NCBI GenBank assembly: GCA_950054195.1
Contig: CATLPG010000007.1
Coordinates: 1,579 to 65,578, forward strand
Origin: an uncultured Saccharospirillaceae bacterium
GTDB lineage: Bacteria > Bacteroidota > Bacteroidia > Flavobacteriales_D > CAJJDF01
Direction: 5' to 3'
Length of the DNA: 64,000 nt
Numbering within the stretch: position 1 is the first letter of the stretch; each line of letters opens with the position of its first letter. Under the pieces are notes generated by a model. The model saw nothing but the letters and a program-made list of their open reading frames with translations. It did not search any database and had not been told where the DNA came from. Positions 28,914 to 38,637 of this stretch are shown here, in pieces. A program made the position numbers and the translations under genes.

Positions 28914-30665
28914 GTGATTCCAAAAAATTTTCTATCGTTCATAAAGCCATACCGTTTAACTTTTATGGTGGGGTTTGTATTTCTAGTACTAGGTGCTGGA
29001 ATAGCTATGATTTTCCCCTATTTAATGGGAAAGCTTCTAGGTAAAGAAGAAACTAATAATATTATATCAGATAGTACCTTCGGAGACCTTTTTAGTGATA
29101 AGTTTAACATTGTAATTGCATTAATCGCTGTATTTATTGTACAAGCTATATTTTCCTTTTTTAGGGTTTATTTATTTGGTGTTGTTACGGAAAACACCCT
29201 AAACGACCTTCGAAAAGCAGCTTTTAGGCATTTAGTAGTTTCTCCAATGAATTTTTATAATAAAAGTAAAGTAGGGGAATTGTCCAGTAGAATAGCTACA
29301 GATATCAACTTGTTGCAAGACACAATGAACTCTACTATTGCGGAATTTGTAAGACAAACCATTGTAGTTCTAGTTAGTACAATAGCTTTATTTCTATTTA
29401 CTCCAAAACTGAGTTTAATTATGCTGGCAGTTGTTCCATTAGTTACTTTTGGAGCTATTTTTTTTGGAGGTTTTATTAAGCGATTGTCTAAAAAATCTCA
29501 AGATGCAGCAGCTGAATCAAATTCTATTTTAACTGAAGCCTTAAGCGGTATCGTTAATGTTAAATCATTTACCAATGAGTTGTACGAAATTGCTCGTTAT
29601 GGAAGGTCTGCAGAAAAAATTAAAAACCTTACGTTAAAAGCAGTAGTTTGGAGAGCAGCATTTATCTCATTTATTATTGTTTCCATGTTTTCAACCATTG
29701 TTTTTATTATTTGGCAAGGTATGTTGTTCGTGGACAATGGAACGTTAAGTAAAGAAGAGTTTTATCAATTTATATTTTTTACCATATTCATAGGGTCTTC
29801 GTTAGGTAGTTTGCCTAATGCCTATGCTTCAATTAAAAAGGCTTTGGGGGCAACTGAGAGATTAATGGAGATTTTAGGAGGAGAGATTGAACAAATTCAA
29901 TTGGAGAAAAAACTCGAAGTATTGGATTTAAATGGGAATGTATCATTTGAAAATGTATCATTTGCTTATGAATCTAGACCAGAAATAACTGTACTTAAAA
30001 ATTTATCTTTTGAAGTTCAAGCAGGACAAAAAGTAGCCTTAGTAGGTGCCTCTGGTGCTGGTAAAACAACTATTTCATCATTATTACTTCGTTTTTATGA
30101 GCCACTAAGTGGTAACATTCTTTTTGATAATAAAAAAGCAAGTGATTACTCCTTAACTGCTATCAGAAATGAAATGACTATCGTACCACAAGATGTCATA
30201 TTATTTAACGGTACAATTAAAGAAAATATACTCTATGGAGACGTTGATGCAGATGAATCAGCTATCATAGAAGCTGCAGAAAAAGCAAATGCACATAATT
30301 TTATCATGTCCTTTCCTGATGGTTATGATACAATTGTAGGTGATAGAGGTATAAAATTATCAGGCGGACAAAGACAGCGTATAGCTATTGCTAGAGCTAT
30401 TCTTAAAAACCCAACTATTTTAGTTTTAGATGAAGCTACAAGCTCATTAGATTCTGAATCAGAACGATTAGTCCAAGATGCACTTGATAAATTAATGGAA
30501 AACAGAACATCTTTTGTAATTGCTCACCGCCTATCTACAATAAAAAACTGTGATAAAATATTTGTTTTTGAAAAAGGTGAATTGGTTGAACAAGGCACCC
30601 ATGAAGAACTTATGGTAGTTCCTGATGGAACCTACAAGCACCTAGCTAAGATACAATTCAGCTAA
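28914..30665 (+). CDS. ABC exporter, fused permease/ATPase (MsbA-like type I exporter)
   Basis: GTG start and six N-terminal TM helices. Walker A is GASGAGKTT, the signature is LSGGQRQRIAIARA and Walker B is ILVLDEATS. Confidence 0.9.
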   Translation: MIPKNFLSFIKPYRLTFMVGFVFLVLGAGIAMIFPYLMGKLLGKEETNNIISDSTFGDLFSDKFNIVIALIAVFIVQAIFSFFRVYLFGVVTENTLNDLRKAAFRHLVVSPMNFYNKSKVGELSSRIATDINLLQDTMNSTIAEFVRQTIVVLVSTIALFLFTPKLSLIMLAVVPLVTFGAIFFGGFIKRLSKKSQDAAAESNSILTEALSGIVNVKSFTNELYEIARYGRSAEKIKNLTLKAVVWRAAFISFIIVSMFSTIVFIIWQGMLFVDNGTLSKEEFYQFIFFTIFIGSSLGSLPNAYASIKKALGATERLMEILGGEIEQIQLEKKLEVLDLNGNVSFENVSFAYESRPEITVLKNLSFEVQAGQKVALVGASGAGKTTISSLLLRFYEPLSGNILFDNKKASDYSLTAIRNEMTIVPQDVILFNGTIKENILYGDVDADESAIIEAAEKANAHNFIMSFPDGYDTIVGDRGIKLSGGQRQRIAIARAILKNPTILVLDEATSSLDSESERLVQDALDKLMENRTSFVIAHRLSTIKNCDKIFVFEKGELVEQGTHEELMVVPDGTYKHLAKIQFS

Positions 30666-30666
30666 C

Positions 30667-32175
30667 TTATTTTATAAGTTGAGGATTATTTCCTTTTGGA
30701 GTTGTGTACTCTTTTACTTTATTTAAATGTCTTTCTCCTTTTTTGACATTAAATGTTGGTCCGTCAAAGGCTTCGTAACTAGGTTTTTTAACGGTATTCA
30801 CATATTTAAATTGATTTACCATCTCATCTTCTTTAATAGTTAAATGGATATAACCCCTAATATTTAAGTCTAAGTATTTGATATGTTTATTAAAAAGCCT
30901 CACACCACCTGAAAAGATGTATTTCGGTATTGCTCGATCAGAAGTTACGCTAGGTGTAACAAATTCTACTCCTAAACTATTTTTTCCAGATCGTTTGCGG
31001 TAACCTTTCATAGGGATATCATTTGCCCATGAAGAATGAGCATCACCGGTTAGAACAACTAGATTTCTAATATCATTTTGAGAGATATAATCACAAATTC
31101 TATTTCTTTCATACAAATACCCGTCCCACTGATCTGGGTTAGCGGTTACCCACATAAACTTTAATGGAGAAAATATAACTTGCTGTGCTAAAATATTCCA
31201 TGTGTTTGTATCGGTTGATAATTGCTTTGTTAGCCATGAAAACTGTTTGTCACCAATCATTCTTCTGCTAGTATCACTTACAAACTTCTTTTTTCTACTG
31301 GAAGGTTCATCTCTTTCCTCTAGTCTTGTATCAAGAAATATTAAATTGATGTCTTTACCATAGTTGATTTTCCGGTAAATAGAGCAGTCTTCATTACTCA
31401 TAACAGGAAGCCACTCAAAAAAAGCTTTTTTTGCTGCGTTAATTCTATCAATATAGTCTCCTTCAACATCTGGATCATGATTTAAGGCACTGTTTGTGCA
31501 AGAATTATTAGCAACTTCATGATCATCCCAAATGTGTAGCGTAGGAAAATTTTGATGTAACTTTCTAAGGTTTGAGTCTTTTCTGTAGTGAGCATATCTT
31601 GTACGGTAATCTGTTAAAGAAATTACTTCTTTTTCTGGTCTTGTATATCTGCCTTCAGCAAACTCACCGTCATAGCTGGACGAATACTCATAGATATAGT
31701 CTCCTAAATGTAAAACAGCTTCTACGCTATTATTATCAACGATTTCTTTATAAACATTATAATAGCCGTGTTCAAATCTAGAACATGAGACTACAGCAAA
31801 GTGTACGGGCTTGCTATTATCCAGTGGAGCGGTTTTAGTTCTACCAACATCTGATAACTCGTTGAATGACTCAAATTGGTAGTATAGCCATGTGTCTGCT
31901 GGAAGATTTTTGGCTAATGTAGATAATGTAAAGTCATCACTTTTATACGAAGTGTCAATTCCTTCAGCAATAATATTTGACATTTTCCTGTCTGTGCTAA
32001 CTTTCCACTTTACAGTTGTTTTTTCAACCTTTTTTTTAGGACTAACCTTTGTCCATAGAACAACACTATTTTGTTGAGGATCACCTGAGGCTACACCATA
32101 TTCAAAAATTTTTCCTTGAGCGGATAGGGTTACTGAAAGAACTGTAACGAAGAATAGAAAGAATAAATGCTTCAC
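30667..32175 (-). CDS. phoD: Alkaline phosphatase D (PhoD) family metallophosphatase, secreted
   Basis: Sec-type signal peptide. Motifs are GVASGDP, LGDYIYEY, WDDHEVANN and GDAHSSWAND. Confidence 0.85.
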   Translation of the reverse strand: MKHLFFLFFVTVLSVTLSAQGKIFEYGVASGDPQQNSVVLWTKVSPKKKVEKTTVKWKVSTDRKMSNIIAEGIDTSYKSDDFTLSTLAKNLPADTWLYYQFESFNELSDVGRTKTAPLDNSKPVHFAVVSCSRFEHGYYNVYKEIVDNNSVEAVLHLGDYIYEYSSSYDGEFAEGRYTRPEKEVISLTDYRTRYAHYRKDSNLRKLHQNFPTLHIWDDHEVANNSCTNSALNHDPDVEGDYIDRINAAKKAFFEWLPVMSNEDCSIYRKINYGKDINLIFLDTRLEERDEPSSRKKKFVSDTSRRMIGDKQFSWLTKQLSTDTNTWNILAQQVIFSPLKFMWVTANPDQWDGYLYERNRICDYISQNDIRNLVVLTGDAHSSWANDIPMKGYRKRSGKNSLGVEFVTPSVTSDRAIPKYIFSGGVRLFNKHIKYLDLNIRGYIHLTIKEDEMVNQFKYVNTVKKPSYEAFDGPTFNVKKGERHLNKVKEYTTPKGNNPQLIK

Positions 32176-32301
32176 TGCTACATGTTATTTTAATTGGCTT
32201 TTCAATTACGAAAGTAGATGTTTTTATCCTACATTTTCTATTTGACACTATAATTTTAAGTATGCAAAAATGATTTCACATGAAATTATACTCTGATTAG
32301 T

Positions 32302-32309
32302 TATATTTG
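32302..32309 (+). promoter_or_regulatory. Candidate -7 promoter box (TAnnTTTG)
   Basis: TATATTTG lies 23 nt upstream of the TTG start at 32332. Confidence 0.3.
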
Positions 32310-32331
32310 AACCTTAACACCCAATACTTAG

Positions 32332-33363
32332 TTGAAGAAATTAGCTGTTGTCATATTAAATTGGAATGGAGAAGAGCATTTAGCTCATTACCTACCTTCA
32401 GTAAAAAAATATTCTGGACAATATGATATTATTGTAATTGATAACGACTCAACAGATAATTCTGTTTCATTCCTAAATGAGCATTACCCTAATGTTCGTG
32501 TAATAGTAAACAATCAAAATGGTGGTTTTGCTAAAGGTTATAATGATGGGTTAAAGCACATTGAAAATCAATACCAATATTATGTGCTTTTAAATTCGGA
32601 TGTTGAAGTAACGGATAACTGGATAACTCCAATAGTAGATTTATTAGATAGTAATGAAAAAATAGCAGGGGCACAACCTAAAATTTTAGCAGACAAAAAG
32701 AGAGACCACTTCGAGCATGCAGGAGCAAGCGGAGGTTTTATAGATCATAATGGATATCCTTTTTGTAGGGGACGTATTTTTTCTGAGGTTGAAGAAGATC
32801 AGGGGCAGTATGATAGTAGAGAAGAAATATTTTGGGCAACTGGAGCATGTATGTTTATTCGCAGTGATGTTTTTCATCAATTAGGAGGCTTTGATGAATC
32901 ATATTTTGCTCATATGGAAGAAATTGATTTATGCTGGCGAGCAAAATTAAAAGGCTATTCGTTTTATTGTGAACCTTCTTCTGTAGTATATCACCTAGGA
33001 GGTGGAACTTTGAGCTACATGAGTCCAAGAAAAGTTTATTTAAACTTTAGAAATAGCTTATTTACGGTCTATAAGAACTACACAGGTTCATTTCTCTTTT
33101 TCAAGATATTTTATCGATTTATCTTGGATTACATTGCTTTAGCAATGTTTGTTTTAAAATTAGATTTCAAATCTGGTAGAGAAGTAATAAGAGCCCAAGT
33201 TCATTTTTTTAAAGCAAAACCAGAACTAAAAGAGAAGAGAAGAGAGATACAAAAAGATGCTCAAAAAAATATTTCATGTGTATATAAGAAAAGCATAGTC
33301 TGGCAAGCTTTTCTATTTGGTAATAAAAAGTTCAGTTCCTTAAAAATGCCTGCAAACCGATAA
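32332..33363 (+). CDS. Glycosyltransferase family 2 (rhamnosyltransferase-like)
   Basis: TTG start. Motifs are VVILNWNG, VIDNDSTDNS, LLNSDVEV and HMEEIDLCWR, typical of the GT2 'WcaA/RfbQ' type. Confidence 0.85.
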   Translation: MKKLAVVILNWNGEEHLAHYLPSVKKYSGQYDIIVIDNDSTDNSVSFLNEHYPNVRVIVNNQNGGFAKGYNDGLKHIENQYQYYVLLNSDVEVTDNWITPIVDLLDSNEKIAGAQPKILADKKRDHFEHAGASGGFIDHNGYPFCRGRIFSEVEEDQGQYDSREEIFWATGACMFIRSDVFHQLGGFDESYFAHMEEIDLCWRAKLKGYSFYCEPSSVVYHLGGGTLSYMSPRKVYLNFRNSLFTVYKNYTGSFLFFKIFYRFILDYIALAMFVLKLDFKSGREVIRAQVHFFKAKPELKEKRREIQKDAQKNISCVYKKSIVWQAFLFGNKKFSSLKMPANR

Positions 33364-33668
33364 TCTTTGATTTACATCCTTTAGTGAATTCAAGTTGACC
33401 ATTCCGTAATTGTCTATTGTAGTATGTTATAGTTATAATAGATTAGACCTAGTGAGCAAATTTGTGAAGATGAACAAGTAAAAAAATCCTATTGTTATTT
33501 TAGATTTTATAACTTGATTATTAAAGAGTTTGCTTATGATTTTTCAATGGTTAAGACTTGGATAATTTGTTGAGGGAGGCTTTTGCCACCTTTTTTTGTT
33601 AAACCTTTTACTTTATTGGTTATTATACTTACCTTTCGCCCAAATTATTAACCTAAAAAGTAAAAAAA

Positions 33669-34229
33669 ATGAAAATTAAACAATTATTCGTTGGATTATC
33701 AGCGGTAGCATTAGTGTCTTGTGGTGGTGAAAAAACACAAACACCAGAAGAAGTAGCTATGAAGTTTGCTGAGGCAACAAAAAAAATGGTAGAAGAAAAT
33801 GATGCTTCTGATTTTAAAGATGTAGCATCTGCAGAAATGTACGACCTAATGTCATTTATGCAAGAAATGACTAAGGATGAAGAGGCAATGAAAAAGCCAG
33901 TTGAATTATTTACAGAAGTATCTTGTGAAACAAAAGAAAATACAGCTAAATGTAACTGTAAAACTGCTGAAGGAGGAGAAGGAGCTGAAGAATTATATTT
34001 AGAAAAAGAAGAAGGTAAGTGGGTTGTAGCAGGAATGAAAGGAAAGAAGATTACAGCTGAAGAAGTAAAGCAAACAAAAGATATGTTTAAAGCTATGAAA
34101 GAAATGGCTGACCAAATGAAAAATGGTGGTAACGAAATGCTTGATAGCTTAGATGCTGGTGCTGGAGATGATCTTGAAAGCGAAGTTAAAGAAGGGATGG
34201 AAGTAATGGAAGAAGAAACTATGGAATAA
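33669..34229 (+). CDS. Acidic hypothetical lipoprotein
   Basis: Lipobox LVSC-GG. The mature part is rich in E, K and M residues. No recognisable domain. Confidence 0.55.
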   Translation: MKIKQLFVGLSAVALVSCGGEKTQTPEEVAMKFAEATKKMVEENDASDFKDVASAEMYDLMSFMQEMTKDEEAMKKPVELFTEVSCETKENTAKCNCKTAEGGEGAEELYLEKEEGKWVVAGMKGKKITAEEVKQTKDMFKAMKEMADQMKNGGNEMLDSLDAGAGDDLESEVKEGMEVMEEETME

Positions 34230-34253
34230 TATCTCCAAATATTTATTCTTGAA

Positions 34254-34281
34254 AGCTCAGATTTTTATCTGGGCTTTTTTT
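34254..34281 (+). terminator. Rho-independent terminator
   Basis: Stem AGCTCAGA/TCTGGGCT (one G-U pair) with a 6-nt loop and a T7 run, 25 nt after the stop at 34229. Confidence 0.7.
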
Positions 34282-34311
34282 ATGGAAACTATTTGAGGTT
34301 AAAAAGGTAAA

Positions 34312-35442
34312 CTATACCTCGTACAATCTAAACTTACAGTCTAAATCGCCATTCTTAATGTCAAACTCGTTGATTTGGTCAATGGTAAATTCTTCTAAAG
34401 CGGTTAAATTTGAGCTTAAAACTCCTACTTTACACCCTTTAAAATTATCTTGAAGATTCTTATTAATATTTTTATAAAGCTTTATCGTGTCTTCTTGATC
34501 AAGTAAGCGCTCTCCATAGGGAGGGTTAATAATAACAACACTTACACCCATTGGTTTTTTTAATATTGTCGCATCATCAACACTAAACCGTAGAAGTTTT
34601 TTTAATGAAGCTGCTTGATCGGCATTTTTACGGGCTAATCGGATGAATCGAGCATCAATATCAGTACCATAAATTTTATTGGCTGATAATAAAATCTTGC
34701 TATCAGCTTCTTTTTTTACTTCTTCCCAAAGTGCTTTATCAAAGCCCTTGGTTGTCATAAAGCCAAAATGCTTACGGCAGTATCCACTAGGAATATTGCT
34801 TTGTTGAAAACCAGCTTCAATAGGAATAGTTCCTGAGCCACAGGTAATATCCATTATTCCATCATTGCTAGATGGAGCAGTCATTTTAACTAAACTAGCG
34901 GCTAAAATTTCATTTAAAGGAGCTTCGTTCGTATATTCTCGATAGCCGCGTTTAAAAAGTGGATCACCAGAAGTATCAATGGATATATAGCATCTGTTGT
35001 TATTAATTCTCAAGTTAAATTTAACAGATGGAGATTTGGTGTCAATGCTAGGTCTCTTGCCTCTTTCTTCTTGAAAGCGATCTACAATAGCATCCTTCAT
35101 TTTTAAAGTTATATAATGGGAATGCGTAAAAGTGGATGATTGCACAGATTTAGTAATTGCAAACGTATCAGAAACTTTCATTATTCGAAACCATGGAAAC
35201 GATTTTACTTTTTTGTAAAATTCATCTTCAGAAAAAGCCTCAAACGAATGGATAGGTTCTAAAATATTAATAGCACACCTTAATAGATAGTTTGCTTGGT
35301 ATAGTTGTTTTTTTGTAGCGTGAAATTCAACGGCTCTTCTTAAAACTTTTGTTTTTGTTACTCCTAAGCTTTTTAGTTCATCTTCAACTAAACGCTCTAA
35401 ACCAAACATGGTTTTAGCTACGTACGTTTTATTTTGGTGCAT
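34312..35442 (-). CDS. THUMP-domain class I SAM-dependent RNA methyltransferase (RlmL-N/YpsC-like)
   Basis: An N-terminal THUMP-like region precedes DITCGSGTIPIEA (SAM motif I) and NPPYGERL (motif IV). Confidence 0.85.
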   Translation of the reverse strand: MHQNKTYVAKTMFGLERLVEDELKSLGVTKTKVLRRAVEFHATKKQLYQANYLLRCAINILEPIHSFEAFSEDEFYKKVKSFPWFRIMKVSDTFAITKSVQSSTFTHSHYITLKMKDAIVDRFQEERGKRPSIDTKSPSVKFNLRINNNRCYISIDTSGDPLFKRGYREYTNEAPLNEILAASLVKMTAPSSNDGIMDITCGSGTIPIEAGFQQSNIPSGYCRKHFGFMTTKGFDKALWEEVKKEADSKILLSANKIYGTDIDARFIRLARKNADQAASLKKLLRFSVDDATILKKPMGVSVVIINPPYGERLLDQEDTIKLYKNINKNLQDNFKGCKVGVLSSNLTALEEFTIDQINEFDIKNGDLDCKFRLYEV

Positions 35443-36143
35443 TATTGATTATCAATGTATTTATGTGTATCATCAACTACTTCTTCGTAGTCAACAAAAT
35501 CATCATCATCTTTTTTAAATCCTCTACTGAGCTGTTGTATAATCAACTGAAGAGCTACAAAACCTTTCAAGAAGATGCTGAAAATAAAGAATATTCCTAT
35601 AAATCCAATAATCCAACCAATAATAGGTGTTTCGTAAATGTTTTGAATCGTTTTATAGAACCAATTATTCATCACATTTTCTATTGTAGGTGGATAAAAT
35701 AGGCTGGAAACATAAAATATAACAGTTAACCAAGCTATCAGCAAATCATACTTTAAGCTACTTTTACTAAACTGAATATTATCCTTATTAAACTGAACGC
35801 GAAATTGAATCATTTTTTTGCGCTGTTCAATTTTACTTAGCAAGTATAAAAATAAGGTTACAACACCAGTTCCGATTAAAAAAGCATCACTAGCATCATG
35901 GGTTTTCCCATAATTCATTGTCGCTAAAGCGGTCATTGAAGCTAAAAAATAAGCTTGAGTTATACGAAGAATATATTTTTCAGTTGTTCCTGTTTCACCT
36001 GTAAACAAACGTAATAAACCAGTGAATATGCTCCACAATAAATTAAACGTGATAAAGATGACCCCCAGAAAAAAGGCGAATTTCAACATTAGTTTCTTTT
36101 TACTTGAGTAACTAAAGGTAGAAGAATATACAGCAATTGTCAA
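35442..36143 (-). CDS. Hypothetical membrane protein
   Basis: Five to six TM helices and an acidic C-terminus. Its stop overlaps the downstream ATG (TAATG). The true start may be the internal MLKFAFF. Confidence 0.5.
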   Translation of the reverse strand: MTIAVYSSTFSYSSKKKLMLKFAFFLGVIFITFNLLWSIFTGLLRLFTGETGTTEKYILRITQAYFLASMTALATMNYGKTHDASDAFLIGTGVVTLFLYLLSKIEQRKKMIQFRVQFNKDNIQFSKSSLKYDLLIAWLTVIFYVSSLFYPPTIENVMNNWFYKTIQNIYETPIIGWIIGFIGIFFIFSIFLKGFVALQLIIQQLSRGFKKDDDDFVDYEEVVDDTHKYIDNQ

Positions 36144-36204
36144 TTTTTTGCTTATTTATCCACTTTAATTTGGTAGTGCTTATAACTGATTCAGCAGGAT
36201 ATGA

Positions 36205-36212
36205 TATATTTG
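36205..36212 (+). promoter_or_regulatory. Candidate -7 promoter box (TAnnTTTG)
   Basis: TATATTTG lies 26 nt upstream of the 36238 ATG. Confidence 0.3.
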
Positions 36213-36237
36213 TGTTAGACTAATATTTCATCAACAT

Positions 36238-38637
36238 ATGAACAAACTGAATCACGTTTTATTAATTTTTTGCTGTTTCATCTTTTCATTCCTTCAAGCT
36301 GATGAAGGCATGTGGCTTCCAAATCTTATTAAAGCCTACAATTATGCTGATATGCAATCTAAAGGGTTAATGATTTCAGCAGAAGATCTTTACAGTGCCA
36401 ATAACTCTAGTTTAAACGATGCTATTGTTCATTTTAACGGAGGCTGTACAGGAGAAGTTGTTTCATCTAAGGGGTTAATGTTTACTAATCACCATTGTGG
36501 TTACGGACAAATAGCGAAGTACAGCACGGAAGATAAAGACTATTTAAAAGATGGCTTTTGGGCGATGAACCATGATGAAGAAATAGCCTGTGAAGGGTTG
36601 TATGTTGATTTTGTTAGAAAAATTGAAGACGTTACCGAGCAAGTCTTGGAAGGAGTGACTACCAATGCACAATTACAAGCTAAAATAAGTGAGGTTGAAG
36701 CAAAATTAAAAGGCGATGCAAATGTAATTGTAACAATTAAACCTTTTAATTATGGAAGAAAATACTTTGCTTTTGTAGCAGAGAGATTCACAGATATTCG
36801 ATTAGTAGGAGCTCCACCATCTGCTATTGGTAAATTTGGATTTGATACTGATAATTGGGTTTGGCCAAGACATACAGGTGATTTCTCAGTTTTTCGTATC
36901 TATGCAGATGAACAAAATAAGCCAGCAGATTATGCAGCTACGAATAAGCCATATAAGCCGGTACATCATTTTCCAATTTCTATTGAAGGTGTTAAGGAAG
37001 GGGATTTTTCAATGGTTTATGGGTTTCCAGGAAGCACAGAGCAACACTTAACCTCATATGCTGTTCAACAAAAGATTTACGTAACCAATCCAGGTAGAAT
37101 AAAAATTAGAGAAAAAGCACTAGATGTTATCAATGCAACTATGCTAGAAAGTGCTGCCAAAAAGATAAGATTGGCTGCATTTCAAGCGAGAGTAAGTAAC
37201 TACTGGAAGAAGTTTCTAGGAGAAAATTTTGGGCTGATTCGTGAAAATGCTATTGAAAAAAAGAAAACGTTTGAAAAGGAGCTTCAAGCAAAGTTAGAGT
37301 CTAACAAAGACTTAAAAGAAAAGTATGGATCTTTACTTAGTCAATTTAAAGTTCTTTATGAGAAAAATGAAAAAACAGAAGAAGCCTTTAGTTATTACAT
37401 TGAATTGTTTTATTCGGGACCTACCTATATTTCAAAAGTAGAACCTCTAATGGAGCAAGTTGAAAATTATAAAGATTCGGGGAAATGGGACAGACAAAAA
37501 GTAGAAGAAGCTATCAAAGGATTAGCTGTGATTAGTGAAATGGAATCAGGTACTTATTTTGAGTATTATAAAAACATATTCATTAACACATTTGATGCGG
37601 TAGTTCAAGATTTAGATGCCGCCTTCCATCCAGATTGGCTAAAGTCAAAAGAAAATTATAAAAAAGAGTTTAGAGAGCTTGCAAACAAATGGTTTGATGA
37701 ATCTTATATTGTTCATGTTTCTAAGCATGATAAGCTTTTAAAGCGTTCAGATAAAAAATTATTAAAATGTATCGAGAAAGATCCCATTTACAACCTTTTT
37801 AAAGGAATAAATCAGATGTGTTATGATGAAATCATTCCAGAATTAAGAAATTATAGAGGAGAAGAAAGTTATCTAATGAATCAGTACGTTGGAGCTATTT
37901 ATGAAGCTTTTCCAAATGAAAAACAATGGTACGATGCTAATAGTACCCTAAGAGTTGCTTATGGGCAAGTAAAAGGTTCATCCCCAAGAGATGGAATGCA
38001 TTACGAAGCATTTACAACAGCTAATGGAATCATGGAAAAGTATATCCCTGATGATAGAGAGTTTGATGTGCCTGAAAAGCTACGAACGCTTATAAAAAAC
38101 AAAGATTATGGGCAATATGGAGAAGGAAATGATTTGATCGTTTGTTTCACAGGATCCAATCATACAACTGGAGGTAACTCTGGAAGTCCTGTTATCAATG
38201 GAAAAGGAGAATTAATAGGAATTAATTTTGATCGAAGTTGGGAAAGTACTATGAGTGATGTTATGTTTAGTGATCGCCTATGTCGAAACATTACTGTGGA
38301 TATTCGCTACGTGCTCTTTGTGATAGATAAATACGCAGGAGCTAGTCACTTGATCGAAGAAATGGATCTTGTAAAAAAAAAAGACCCGTTAGCCGTTAGA
38401 TTTGAGTCTATCCGTAAAGAAATTCAAATTTTATCTAAAGTTATTGATTTAACACCTGCTCAAGCTGATACTTATGCTAAAAGAGGAGAGGCATACTACG
38501 ATATAGGAGATTTAAAAAATGCTTTGGCTGATTATGAAGAGGCTGTTAAGCTTGATGGAGCCAAAAAATATACCAAAAGAAGGGATCAATTAAAGAAGTA
38601 TTTAGACGATATTAATAGTATTAAAGCAGATGAGTAA
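36238..38637 (+). CDS. S46 family serine peptidase (DPP7/DPP11-like dipeptidyl-peptidase) with C-terminal TPR-like extension
   Basis: ADEGMWLP at the mature N-terminus is the family hallmark. The catalytic His is in TNHHCG and the catalytic Ser in GGNSGSPV. The last ~85 aa (AQADTYAKRGEAYYDIGDLKNALADYEEAVKLDG) look like TPR. Confidence 0.9.
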   Translation: MNKLNHVLLIFCCFIFSFLQADEGMWLPNLIKAYNYADMQSKGLMISAEDLYSANNSSLNDAIVHFNGGCTGEVVSSKGLMFTNHHCGYGQIAKYSTEDKDYLKDGFWAMNHDEEIACEGLYVDFVRKIEDVTEQVLEGVTTNAQLQAKISEVEAKLKGDANVIVTIKPFNYGRKYFAFVAERFTDIRLVGAPPSAIGKFGFDTDNWVWPRHTGDFSVFRIYADEQNKPADYAATNKPYKPVHHFPISIEGVKEGDFSMVYGFPGSTEQHLTSYAVQQKIYVTNPGRIKIREKALDVINATMLESAAKKIRLAAFQARVSNYWKKFLGENFGLIRENAIEKKKTFEKELQAKLESNKDLKEKYGSLLSQFKVLYEKNEKTEEAFSYYIELFYSGPTYISKVEPLMEQVENYKDSGKWDRQKVEEAIKGLAVISEMESGTYFEYYKNIFINTFDAVVQDLDAAFHPDWLKSKENYKKEFRELANKWFDESYIVHVSKHDKLLKRSDKKLLKCIEKDPIYNLFKGINQMCYDEIIPELRNYRGEESYLMNQYVGAIYEAFPNEKQWYDANSTLRVAYGQVKGSSPRDGMHYEAFTTANGIMEKYIPDDREFDVPEKLRTLIKNKDYGQYGEGNDLIVCFTGSNHTTGGNSGSPVINGKGELIGINFDRSWESTMSDVMFSDRLCRNITVDIRYVLFVIDKYAGASHLIEEMDLVKKKDPLAVRFESIRKEIQILSKVIDLTPAQADTYAKRGEAYYDIGDLKNALADYEEAVKLDGAKKYTKRRDQLKKYLDDINSIKADE

